A DNA stretch of 64,000 nucleotides from Massalongia carnosa (lineage: Eukaryota), in the NCBI GenBank assembly GCA_965645245.1, contig OZ287076.1:682001-746000 (forward strand), in the 5' to 3' direction. This document shows positions 1-11,634 of this stretch, piece by piece. Below the pieces are notes generated by a model, which was given only the letters and a program-made list of their open reading frames with translations, was not told where the DNA came from and did no database searches. The position numbers were made by a program, and so were the translations under genes. Each line of letters begins with the position of its first letter. Position 1 is the first letter of the stretch.

Positions 1-602
1 CCGTCACTCTTCATGCTTGTCGACGCGGCCCGGGCGGAGCCAAAAAGACTCCGTATCGACTCCGAAATTGCCAGCTCGTCTTGTTTGCCTTCGCGGATTT
101 TGCCAAAGTCCACCTGCAGCACTCGCAGGTTGGGAAACAGACTCAGGCAGTGGGCCGTTGTTGCCGCAATGCGTTCGAAGCATAACCGTGTTCTGTATAT
201 AATCATGAGGTTAAGATTCTGGATCTGGGAGAACGTCCTGGGATAGCTTTTCTGAGCCTTGCAAATACTATGCGGACTGATGCAACGGGATGTCACAACG
301 AAGGGCATGTAAAGGAACTGGTTGCCCTTGCAAAATATGCGGAGGCCCTCGCGGTAATAAATCTTGCAGGTAAATATAATTGCCGGGCTGATCTCCTCCT
401 GGCCTCGCTTTTCCGACCAGAAGGGTCTCAGCCTGCTAGGTTCTCCGATATTCCTTATGGGATGATAGGATATTAGACATTGATGGAGAATCATAATCTG
501 GAGTTCCATGGGCAGGCTTGTGATGAAAAACAATGAATGCTGGAGGGGAACCTTGGGGGTTTGAAGCAAGCCGTTCCCAACTGCACCTGCTGTTTGATTC
601 AT
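1..602 (-). CDS. F-box-like / 2EXR-like hypothetical protein, 3' end outside the window
   Basis: ATG at 602 opens a stop-free frame to the window edge (absent from the ORF track because there is no stop): MNQTAGAVG...FITSLPMELQIMILHQCLIS...SPAIIFTCKIYYREGLRIFCKGNQF...LFPNLRVLQVDF. The LPxEL..IL and P.I..TCK..Y.EG..I...N.F patterns are typical of fungal F-box-like proteins. Confidence 0.6.
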   Translation of the reverse strand, partial: MNQTAGAVGNGLLQTPKVPLQHSLFFITSLPMELQIMILHQCLISYHPIRNIGEPSRLRPFWSEKRGQEEISPAIIFTCKIYYREGLRIFCKGNQFLYMPFVVTSRCISPHSICKAQKSYPRTFSQIQNLNLMIIYRTRLCFERIAATTAHCLSLFPNLRVLQVDFGKIREGKQDELAISESIRSLFGSARAASTSMKSD

Positions 603-1326
603 TCCTGATACGATAACGAAAGGGGTGTTTGCTTTGAGCTTCATAATGATCGAATCGAATTCGCTAAAGTGAGTCCCAGATGCTATGCGATATTGTGTGA
701 AAATAATGATTTAATGATTTGTTAACTGCACGATGTGTTAGACATCAGATCAAGCATCGAAGTCCTGGATTCTTTTGAATGGCCACCACTTACTGGTGCA
801 ATTCGTAAGGTATCGATGACGGCAACGTTGATACAAGGTTAAAGCGGTCGATTATTTGGGAAATTTCTTTCCTTGCGTCGATTGTTAGGCAGTGTCTATC
901 GGCTTGAATAGGAACGACCTAGAGATAGTTTTATATCACATGACATACTTACTTTCATCAGTTATCCATTGTGAACTAACACAGGGAACTTTCAGGCTCG
1001 AGAACTGCTAAATTTGCATTGACCTGACAACGCCAGCTGTATATCTCCCTGGCCAAATGATGTACACTTTTATTCTAGCCTGAGCGTCGATGCTGAAAAC
1101 TGCAGAGAAAAAGCCAACTGTACCCCATATGATGCAAAACGAAGACGGGAGAGTGTTTCCGACCTTTTATGTACTCTGTACATGGTATCAAGACAAATTG
1201 ATAGACAGCTCAACAAATTAATAAGTATAGAATCCCCCCAAAACTGGCAAAAAGCTCCCAGGTTGCGACCTGGCAATATAAGAATAAGAGTGGAACAGTA
1301 TGGGGAATGTTGATACATTTTCATAA

Positions 1327-4300
1327 TCATACACGACGCATTGGGGCGGTACGCTTCTTGGATACGGATTTCTTTGATGGTTCTCCAGCACCCTCAATAT
1401 ACTTCATCAGTTCATCGATACTTCGAGAATCGAAAGCTATGCTGCTTCGAGAGTCTCGACCGTTGACTAGATCGGTCGGAGATTGCCCCACCGCCGGCTG
1501 GGGACGAGTTGCCATCGTAACTTTTGGCGTGAGCAGAACCTTCCGCAACCGTCGCGCCTGCAGGTCCTTAGCATGTTTGGCGATCGACACGGCATTGTGT
1601 GTAAGCTGTTCAAGCCATGTCTCGGCCTCTCGAGTGTTTCGATCCTCCGGACCAAGCTTGGCGAGGAAAATGCTATAAGCGTCTCGCATGCATTGAACGG
1701 CAGCTTTGGGTTCGTGGTCCAAGGCCAGAGCTTGTGCTAACTGGAATGCAAGTGTGGCGGTGTTCACTGACTGCTTGCCGGATACGTCTTCGCTGATCGC
1801 GAGTGATATTTCGAACCACAGACGCGACTCATGGTAGAATTTCAAGGTCTGAAGCATTACCGCCGCATTATTGATGGTGGTGATAGAGTCTGGATGCTTC
1901 AGACCATAAATAATTTTCCAAAGCTCCAAGGCGTGTCTCATGCAGGATAAAGCGCCGTGCGTATTCCCATTTCCGTGCTCGAATAGGGCTAGATTGAGAT
2001 AGCTTAATATCGTTTCATTGGAATCAATACCCAGGGTACGCTCGGAAATAATCACTGCTTTATGCGCCAACTCAACAGCCGCAGCCTTTTCATCAAGCTG
2101 ATAGTAGAGCATTGCCAATTGATGATATACTCTCGCTACTTCAGGATGTAAAACGCCGTAAATCTGTTCATGCAATGAAAGAGATTCTAGCAGCAGCTCC
2201 TGTCCAAGCTCTTTGTTGTTCTGCATTATGGAGATTTTACCGGCTTCCAAGGCTTCTTCAGCCAGTGTACTTCTTGCACAAGCGTCTTTGATAATAGGCA
2301 CAAGATTAGCGATGTCATCTGGAGTGAATGTTTCCTGCCCTGATGTGAAGGGGGATCCGTTAGCAGACACCGGGGAGCCACTGTCTCCATTTTTCCGCTT
2401 TTTTTTACCGTTAACGCCATTTGAATGCCCATTGCTAACTAGGTGTGGCGTGACACCGTTAATTGTAATGCTTGACTCTTCTTTCGCCACGGGAGAATCA
2501 GGAGCAAAGAGATAGTCTTTGGCTATTAATTGAAGACCAAGCTTTAACGAGATTTCTCGAAGAAGCTGAACATGCTTGATGCCCGACATCCAAGCTTCTT
2601 CAAGTACAAATCTATACCGGAGCTGGACTTGATGTTCAATATCGACCTTCAAACTTGCTACACTCGCTTGCACAAAAGAGTAGTCGGCGGCTTGATAAAG
2701 ATATTGAAGGTCTTCATCAAGTTGAGGTGTTGGCGTTGGGTTAAGCCCGGAGCCCAATAGGCAGTTGAGAAGATGAGCCAGGCATGCTGGGGCAAAACAT
2801 ATGGGCAAATTTTTCATATATCGGTTGGCCAAATGCTTGAAAGCTCGTGCGATCATCTCTTGAGTAGCCAATGCTTTCAGCGCTCGTAATCGGGAGCCCT
2901 GCTCGTCAGCTAAAAAGGCAAGTTTCCCAAGATATCGAATGTTGATGCCTCGCTTATGCATTAGCTTACTCAGCGACTGACCATCCATCGGAAAGCCCAC
3001 TTCTCCTTCCCTGAGATCATGCATCTTGAAATAGCATTAACGTATCGCAATATCAGTAGAGGATAGGCAACTTACCAGGTCTGGCAGAATCTTGTCTCGG
3101 AGATAACCGCAGAGAGCTCTAACATTACTCTCATCTTCAGCCCATTCTGTTTTCTCTTCATCTGTTTGAGGGACTTGACCGCAGAAAACGTCAGGATTAA
3201 AGGCCAGTGAGAAAGCAGAGGGGTCCAGGGGCTCTTGCGGCCTAGCGAAATCTGGGTCATCGACTTTCTTCGTGACTATACCGTTGACTTGTTTGGTAGT
3301 GGCTTCGCCATTGGCGGATGGGTTGGCAGGATTGATTTCTTTTGTGTGATCGACATTCTTTGGAACATTTTTCTGTTTTCCTAGCTCTTCCTTGACATAT
3401 TCGCTCATCTTCATCCTCCAGTATACTTCAACCAACTCCAATCTCAAGACGGTCATGCGGTGTGGATAATTTCGCTCCGTAGCTTTACTTGTTCGATCCA
3501 AATCACTCCAGTATTCCTCAAGCCAGAGAATATCCAATGGCGTAAGTCTATATAGGTCAAGAATGTATTTTCGACCGTCGGTGCCCAACAAGCCTTTCGT
3601 CTCAACGCTCCCTTCAAGAACGTGTTTCGTTCCTTCTTTATCCCAGACAGCATGCCGCTTCACCTTGAGAGCTTTGGAAGCCTCCGAGAAAATGGATACA
3701 AAGGCCTCGTTGTGTGCGACCACATCCCTGCCTTCTACGCCGCCATAGTCCACCTGATGCTCCTCGGGTTCGCGCGGCTTGAATATTCCAGGCACTATAC
3801 TTTGAGCTACCAAACGCTTCCCAAGATAATCCACGATGATAGTGCCAGGAGTCGAAAGACCAGATATGTCAAGCTGGTTGACAGCTTTGACCCCGCTGAC
3901 GTCTTTCCCAACTGCCACACGTGCACCTTCATCGCCCCCTTCTGAGGCAAAGGTACCAACACCATCTGCTCCAAAGGAGTAGAAAATATTATTGAAGACA
4001 AAAATCCGAGCATCCTTACTCTCCGTAGGGTTTAAAGGCGCAACTTCACCCCTAGCAACCATGACTGCTCCTCGCGCTGCGGCCTCGTTGAACTCAGCAA
4101 ATGTTTTGGACATCAAACGCTCCCGAAAAACTCTTTCCTGGACTGTCTCTTTGGCAAGTTCTTTTGTGGATTGAATTTCTTCATTCCAGTCTCGTAAGGT
4201 TTCTGTATTATCAATTCCAGACATAAGATATGTCTCCTGCGACCGGGTGAGATCCGGTTGATGAGCGGAGAGCGACAATGTTGCAGCATCTACAAGCCAT

Positions 4301-5486
4301 GGACTAGATGGTATAGCACTTGTGAATTGATAGTTTGCGAGAGGATCTCGTCTGTTATTTGTATCTAACAGAGCACTGAAGGAGCTATTGAATGATGGTG
4401 AAAGTGTTTCGATCAAGGTAAAGAGTGAATGAGCCGCACCATTTTTGGGTGGTGCTCTTGGGAATGGATCGAATTTACTGTTCGAGGATTTGTTCACGAA
4501 GAAGCCAGAAACATGAGAGGTAATCTGGTACTGCTCGCCTTCGTTTGTGGTAAGCTGCAAGTAGAGCAAATGACCTTTCTGTCGGAGGTAAGGTGGTGGA
4601 GGATTCCAGCTTGAAGCCCCAATGGATTTGACAGTCTTTGGCAGTGTATCCTGGGTGGGTGGAAGAAGTGTGCGAATGGATGCCGGGGCATCGAAGTTAT
4701 AGTCTGCTAAAGCATTTGGAGCCTCCGAAGGTGTCACATTCCCAGGTTTCCCTTGAGCCACTGAACTAGCTTCAGAGTCCTTCCATGGCGAAACACCCTC
4801 ATGCAGAGAGACGCCAGCAGAGAGACCGTGAACTGTATCAAATCTGTCACCAGCGGCACCTATGATCTCCCGGACCCTAATCATGTGTAGCCTTGCCTCT
4901 TTCTCCGTATATGGGTCCTCCAGCAACGTCATGGTGGATCCCGCTACAAGACCCTTAACCTCGGAAAGCTCGGCGAAATCGTTTACACGCACACCATTAT
5001 ATTCAAGGTGAAAGCAAGAATATTGAAAAGTCCCTGGCAGCTCGATGATTGATTGCCGTAGGTCTTGAACTTGCTCTTGTGTTGAGACCTAAATTGAACT
5101 TAGTTTTAATATATAACCATGGAATACGAGTTTGAATACCATCACCTGGGTTTCATATGGGTGGTGCGGAAGCTTAATCTTGATCTGGAAAACATCTTGA
5201 CAAGAAGTGAGCAGGCATCCTGACATCTGGGTTCATTACATACTATCCACATTGTGCTCCTCTGCCCCAGGCTCCCCAATTGACGTGGAGCTCCCCCCTT
5301 GTTCGCCATCCTGCACCCCACGTGCTTCATCCTCAGCAGGTTTACTATTATCTGGAGAAGACTCTAGGTGACGGACGTATTCAATTAGCAAAGAGGGTAT
5401 GCTCCCAAAATGGATGGAATGGATTATGACGTTTCGGAACGACTCTCACCAGATAGAATCTTTACGTCACTAATCTCATCTCCCAT
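1327..5486 (-). CDS. CLU1: Clustered mitochondria protein (CLU1/TIF31), 5 exons
   Basis: CLU_N (VSTQEQVQDLRQSIIELPGTFQYSCFHL), CLU domain (RDWNEEIQ, VDYLGKRLVAQSIVPGIF, KGLLGTDGRKYILDLYR), CLU-central (MHKRGINIRYLG) and TPRs. GT-AG introns at about 5364-5449, 5196-5243, 5089-5139 and 3025-3075 join the ORFs in frame. ATG 5486, TGA 1327. Confidence 0.95.
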
Positions 5487-6024
5487 TGTTGAAACAGTTC
5501 ACCAGGAAAATAGTGTACAGGGAAGAAAGGAACGGTGTCTTAGACGCAAAGAGAGTCAATGGAGGAAGAAATTCATAAGAGAATGTCCTCATTAGATACT
5601 CGTACAGTAATGATAGCAGTGGAAAGAAGATGGAGAACAGGGAATGAATGAAGAAGAGCTTGACAAAAAATCTTTCGGTGAAATCGGAGCTATCAGGGAT
5701 AAACTTGTCGGGAATACACGGAACTAAGCTCAATCCTGCATATGCATAATCTGCATTACTATTATGTACATAGTACGTACAGAGTAACTATAACTAGCGG
5801 TATGAAGCCGCATCGGGCGACTTGGTTCGATGGTCCTAGCGGTCGGCTATAGCGCGGATTTAAGCATCGTCGACTTGGACACCTTTCAGTAGATCAATAC
5901 TCCAATTACTAGCCATGCCATTGAGGTTTCCCATCTTGCATTCTTTGGTTTCAAATTTGGTCTCTGCAAAATTTTTTGTGTCGATTGTTTGCGTCAAGTT
6001 CTTTACTCTTTCGTTATATACGCA

Positions 6025-7314
6025 ATGGCAAGGAAGAAACAGGTGCCTCTACAACGAGAACCTTCGGATTTCAGTCAAGGACCCCCAGGGTCGCCAGCTC
6101 AAGGGTGGAAGAATGGCAGAGGGAATGTCCGGAAACCTGAGTTGCCTGTGGCCAACGGTACACTCCAGGAAATTTCCACACTGGTCCCCACAGAGCAACC
6201 AGGGATAACACAACTACTTATCTGCGTCGCTGGAATATACGCCTCATTGTATGGCCAGACCCTACTTTGGAATCGCCTTCTATATGCTAATATGCGACAC
6301 TATAGTCTTTCATGGGCTGTTCTCCAAGAACGCATAACGACGACCCCCTACGGCCCCACGAACTCGCCAGAAAAGTTCACCTACTCCATTTTCCTCAATA
6401 CCATACAATCCACGTTTGCCGCCTCAACGGGGTACATCTATCTTCTCACTTCAACCCCCAAGGGCGCGCTCGTCCCCTATATATTTCCCACTCGCTCTGT
6501 TTTATTTCCTCTCATCCTTGTCGCCGTTACATCCTCCCTCGCCTCCCCATTCGGCTACGCCTCGCTCGCCCATATCGACTACATCACCTTCATTCTTGCC
6601 AAATCCTGCAAGCTACTCCCTGTCATGTTTCTGCACCTAACCATCTTCCGCAAAAGCTACCCTCTCTATAAATACCTTGTGGTCGCGCTCGTCACCGCCG
6701 GCGTCGCCGTTTTCACCCTCCACCACCCCTCATCCTCAAAGAAATCCTCCAAAACCTCATCCTCAGCATGGGGCCTTCTTCTTCTAGGAATTAATCTTCT
6801 CTTCGACGGACTCACCAACAGTACCCAGGACCACATTTTCGCAACCTACCGCCCATACTCTGGCCCCCAAATGATGGTCGCTCAAAACCTCCTATCCACC
6901 CTCTTAACGACAGCGTATATGCTCCTCTCCCCTATCCTCGCCACCTATCCCCTCGCCTCCACCATCGGTCTCTCATCTACCAACGCCAATGAGTTCTTCG
7001 CCGCAATCGGTTTCATCCGGCGGAACCCTGCCGTGGGAAACGCCATTCTCGGCTTCGCGGCTTGCGGCGCTATCGGCCAGATTTTCATTTACTACACCCT
7101 CAGCCACTTTTCCAGCCTACTACTGGTCACGGTGACAGTGACAAGAAAAATGTTGACGATGATGTTGAGCGTAATGTGGTTTGGGCATCGGCTAAGTGGG
7201 ATGCAGTGGGTGGGCGTAGGCTTAGTTTTTGGTGGGGTGGGAGCGGAGGGTATCATTCAACGGAGGGAAAAGGCGGCGAAAGAGCAAGCGAAGCGCAATA
7301 TGAAGGCTAGCTAA
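6025..7314 (+). CDS. HUT1: UDP-galactose/nucleotide-sugar transporter (UAA family)
   Basis: Multi-TM protein with LQERITT, SPFGYASLAHIDYITFILAKSCKLLPVM, DGLTNSTQD and VTVTRKMLTM. Intron 6249-6305 (GTATGG..GCTAAT..TAG) restores ASFLSW. Confidence 0.92.
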   Translation: MARKKQVPLQREPSDFSQGPPGSPAQGWKNGRGNVRKPELPVANGTLQEISTLVPTEQPGITQLLICVAGIYASLYGQTLLWNRLLYANMRHYSLSWAVLQERITTTPYGPTNSPEKFTYSIFLNTIQSTFAASTGYIYLLTSTPKGALVPYIFPTRSVLFPLILVAVTSSLASPFGYASLAHIDYITFILAKSCKLLPVMFLHLTIFRKSYPLYKYLVVALVTAGVAVFTLHHPSSSKKSSKTSSSAWGLLLLGINLLFDGLTNSTQDHIFATYRPYSGPQMMVAQNLLSTLLTTAYMLLSPILATYPLASTIGLSSTNANEFFAAIGFIRRNPAVGNAILGFAACGAIGQIFIYYTLSHFSSLLLVTVTVTRKMLTMMLSVMWFGHRLSGMQWVGVGLVFGGVGAEGIIQRREKAAKEQAKRNMKAS

Positions 7315-7762
7315 CTTAGGGTTTCTAAAAGGGGGGCGCGGGGGGTATGGTTTAAAACCAAGTCCTTGGATAAAATGCGCTCCCGACGATACGAGGCTAA
7401 TCAATGCTTTTACCTAGGTAGCCCCATTATTGATCCGTCGGATCTTTTATGAATACTAAGGGTGTTTTGGATCCAGCGCTGCACACTCCAATTGCCTGTA
7501 TTACATTTCTGTTCTGTTTCTGTACTCGATGCTTTATCTTTGCTTACCCCTAAGCAAGAATTATACGAATGAGCTTTTCAACGTTCCCTTGACCCCTTGC
7601 CATTTTTTCAAAAAAGTTTATCCTTCAGAAAAAAAAAGCATGATACAGAAGCCACGATCCGATCATTTCATTGTAAATACCACATTACCTGTGAAGAGAC
7701 GACTATTCCTTCCTACTCTATATTAGCTTGGTGTAGTTAGCCTCAGACATCATGAGAAGACG

Positions 7763-8576
7763 TCTACTCTTCACAGAGCATCTATTCATTTTTGATATTA
7801 TACTGTCTTATTCATAGAAAATGACTCATTTCCGCTACAGTTGATAGCACAGTCTTACGATCAGGAGATCACTTTTCCTATCAGGAACTGGGGGAAATTT
7901 CTTCAATCAGAGCCCTATTCCGCAGCGAATCTGACATTGGCACCTCACGTCAGCCAATTTCATCAGTAATTCAAATTCTTAGCTCGAATTCTCATATGTA
8001 ATTCTCTCTTTATCAAAGTATTTTTTTTAGTCTGTTCATTCACTATTATTTTCGCTGAAAAAGAATCAACCAAACTTTACTTCTGCAGAGCTCATTTCGA
8101 AGACCAAACTTTTTTTATAAAATTCCTGATGTTTTACAAGACTCAAAGCCATACTTCTTAGTGGAAGCATCAGTCGAACTACTTACGTTCGTAGAAAGCA
8201 TTTTTTTCATTACATCCCGATCTTCAATGATACTCTTTTAGACGGAAAGATTCGCCCGGAATTCTTCTCTTGATCTCAAATTTTATCCTTCCTTCTGGCC
8301 AGTAGATAGAGAAGGAAGCCTTTTTAAGAGACATTCGCCTTTTCCTCGACGTAACGGTAGACTACCGAAGAACGATAATATCTGCCTCGTTCAGGGAGAT
8401 GACCCATTGGCTGGGCCAGCATCGGCAGACAAGAAGACCAGCAATGAACTTGGTCCTGCAGTAACACCCGACTCTGTCTCAGAAAAGAGATCTGCTCTTT
8501 CTAGAGCATGCATCCATCATTGATATCATACTATCTTACCTGTCCATAGGATATAACCCATTCCCGTTACATTGAT
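7763..8576. repeat. Diverged ~85-bp direct repeat pair (7763-7845 and 8491-8576) flanking AT-rich decayed sequence
   Basis: ctcttcacagagcatctattcatttttgatattatactgtctta..ttcatagaaaatgactcatttccgctac aligns with ctctttctagagcatgcatccatcattgatatcatactatctta..tccataggatataacccattcccgttac; most differences are transitions. Confidence 0.55.
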
Positions 8577-11573
8577 GTATGACTCTTTCTGGAGGCACAG
8601 TTACCATTGGAGAAGTGAGGATGACTAGTGAGGACACGAGAAAAAATATCAACGCTTCCCAAGATCGACACGGTATGTTTTTTATTTGCATCATGTAATC
8701 ATCTTCTCGAATGCGGCTATCCGACCTCCTTTAAGCCTGCAAACCATGTGGAGTCAACTATGGCCAGACACAACCTGTTTATAGGTTCCAAGCACTCACA
8801 GTAAAGATTCTCACGCGAAAAGCTGATTAATGTATACCTTCCAGTTTTGTGTTTGCAAGCCATCGCGAGAAATGGTATATGCTGAGAAAGGCCTTCTTGA
8901 TGTGGCTTTCGAGATTGGGCTTCTATCTAGCATTGAACGAACCAATGCTTCAATGTACCAAGAGATTTCGAAGAGAAAATTCCATACACAGAGAATCTGA
9001 GTGCGTGGCTGGACTTCGTTGGGCCCCTTTGGGGCGAATCTGCAGTCGATTCTGAAGGTTATGATAATGTATGGTCCGGTGGGGTGTAAAGTATAGGACC
9101 CTAAAGAATCTACCAAATTTACTTTTGAGATCAGAAATGAGTTATCTAGCACGAATCGCTGTTCGGGTTTTTCGAGCAAGAATTAGGCCTACCTAAACTC
9201 TTGGGCCCGAGACTTCCAGATGGGGACGAACATCAGCTTTGATGGCGTAGCTATTTCTAAATTAGAGACGTTTCATAGCTCCATGAATATTACTTCCAAA
9301 AGCAAATAAAATTTACTGTACATACCGCCTTTGAAGTTTCAACGCGAAATCAAAGCAGTAAAGGTGTTTTACGGTTCAAGATTTTATAGTTCATCAAGCT
9401 AGGGTGTTCAATGATGATGAGCCTGGGTTAGAGAAACTATTTACCAGTCAAAAATAAGAATACATACATTGCTGAGTCCGTTCCGTTATTGGAAACAGAT
9501 TGGACATTATGACTCTACTCACCGATGAGCGGCTGCAGGTGATACTTGGAGAACCGTCGGCTCCTACCTCCAAAGACGTACTACATGCAGTTCAATAAGC
9601 TCAATTGACCAACTGTATTCATCTATGGATAAACTCGATTATGAACACATAGGGTCCCCCAGGGCACCGTCTCCGAGGAAAAGAAAACCGAGAAAGACAA
9701 CTAGGCTAGTCTTGAACTTTCAGGGCTTGAACCAGAAAAGCTGTTAGTGATTGCTCCCTCAATGGCAGAGGTCGTAATTCAATTAACAGATTTTACCTCT
9801 TGCTCGAAGGCCGTCTTTGGTTGCCTCATCTACCCTCTAGCATCTAACGGAACAGAGCTAATCATTATCTGTGCGCTCTGGTTCCTGTCAAGGAGGCACA
9901 TTTGCCTTTTGAGTTTGCTCCGAATGATGATGAGGAGAGCTATATATTAATATGGGGACGTCTCCACAGAAGATGAAGGCATGCACTTTATACCATTATC
10001 ATCGGCAGGCAAATCAATTAAATACCTGCATCAACGTGAAAACTTGAAGCTCCGCGTCTCCGGCAGGAAGCCTTTGTTAGAACTAGACATCAAAGGTGGC
10101 GGTGGCTCTAGCGGTGGAGATTTCATGAAATTTTTGTGAGTGAGTAGGTGGGAAGTATTGAGGCGCTGGGCTTACATAAATTAATAACGATAATATTGAG
10201 AAACGTTGAGCGGGTGGGCGTGACGTTTCTATAGTTTGGAAGGGGCAGAAGGTAGGCGCTATTTTTATTTTGTATTCTCATAAAACGGTGATAGTTAAGT
10301 TTTTTCCCAACCTTGTTTTGATTTGGCCTGTTTTATTGCCTCGTCGAGGATGTATAAGAGCATATTATATAATGGGTCTACTAAACACATTGAGTTGCCC
10401 TATATAATGGCTGAGGTTATTTCATTTCGTTAAAGTGAGAAGAGGTAGCTTCTATCAATACTTCCTCTTTAAAATAAAGATGGGCGATTTGCCGCAGATA
10501 GCTCCGCTAATTTATTGTCGAAGGTCCGGTACATGTCTGAGCAAATTCTGATCCCAAAACAAACTATCGCCCATTAAGCACATGGGCCTGTGACTACTCT
10601 CGGGATGCGAGAGGAAACTGGACTTAGCATGTGAGCGATTGGGCCGCAACGCTTTTTCCATACTTCTTATTCCTCAACTCTAGATGCGCAACCATTTTAA
10701 CGATCACAGCGGAAACGCTATCTTCGGATACACATGATGCAGGCTAAAACCTGGAAATTTATGGAATAGTTAGGTTGTGTATAAATTGAGGTTGTCTCAA
10801 GCATCGCAGTAATGACATGGTCGAATCTGCAAAGAATATGAGAGACATGAGCGCTGAGGGCTGATTGAAGATCGCAGGTATTTCCTTGACTGTTTTATAA
10901 TTTTCAAGAACTTCTCGAGCGTTCTCTCCTCCGAGCCCGAACTTATCACGCTGGCCATGCACAACTCATCATCAGAAGCCAAGGTCCACGGTTTAATAGT
11001 AGTAAGAATCTTCAAATTTTGGTGGAAAAACTTGACAGTGGGATCCAGTATATTTGGGGTGAAATAGTGTCATGCCGTAAGGCACGAGATGGTTTGAATA
11101 CTGAAGCAAGGCCCGCTATTTCAGTCTATCAAATGATCGACTTCATGTTCCAAACATAAATGAGTCTCGACTGTTGCTTGAGGAGGTTGTAGTTTGGCAT
11201 CCTGAATGATCGAAAAAAGGGCTGAATATTGCCCCAGCTTTCAACGGTTTGCCAGTTAGAGTTCCATTGCTATGAGCCTCGAAGTATGAATAGCGGTAGT
11301 TCTTGTTGCTAAGTTCAGTCCAGCTTTCACATAGATTTCTAGCCGCCTTGGCTAATGCACCTGACACGGTAATGCCCTCCTCTAGGTCAATCTGATCAAG
11401 GTCTATCATATGGACCAAGGGAGTAGATGTAGCCATCATCATCAAGAGCTGTAGACAAAAGTTCCAGCAGCTTGAAACCCAAAAGGTTAAATTAGGTATT
11501 GGAAAAATTTGCGTTGGTTATATATTACTTTTCATCGCTTAATTTGGAATTAACAATGACGAGTTGGCATACA

Positions 11574-11634
11574 TATCCGTGCCACCCACATCGCTCTAAG
11601 CGAGGCGACCCGAGCGATGTGGGTGGCACGGATA
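11574..11634. mobile_element. Ultra-short TA-flanked perfect inverted repeat (collapsed Tc1/mariner-type MITE candidate)
   Basis: TATCCGTGCCACCCACATCGCTC (11574-11596) and its exact reverse complement (11612-11634) around a 15-nt spacer; the outer TA could be the TSD. Confidence 0.6.
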
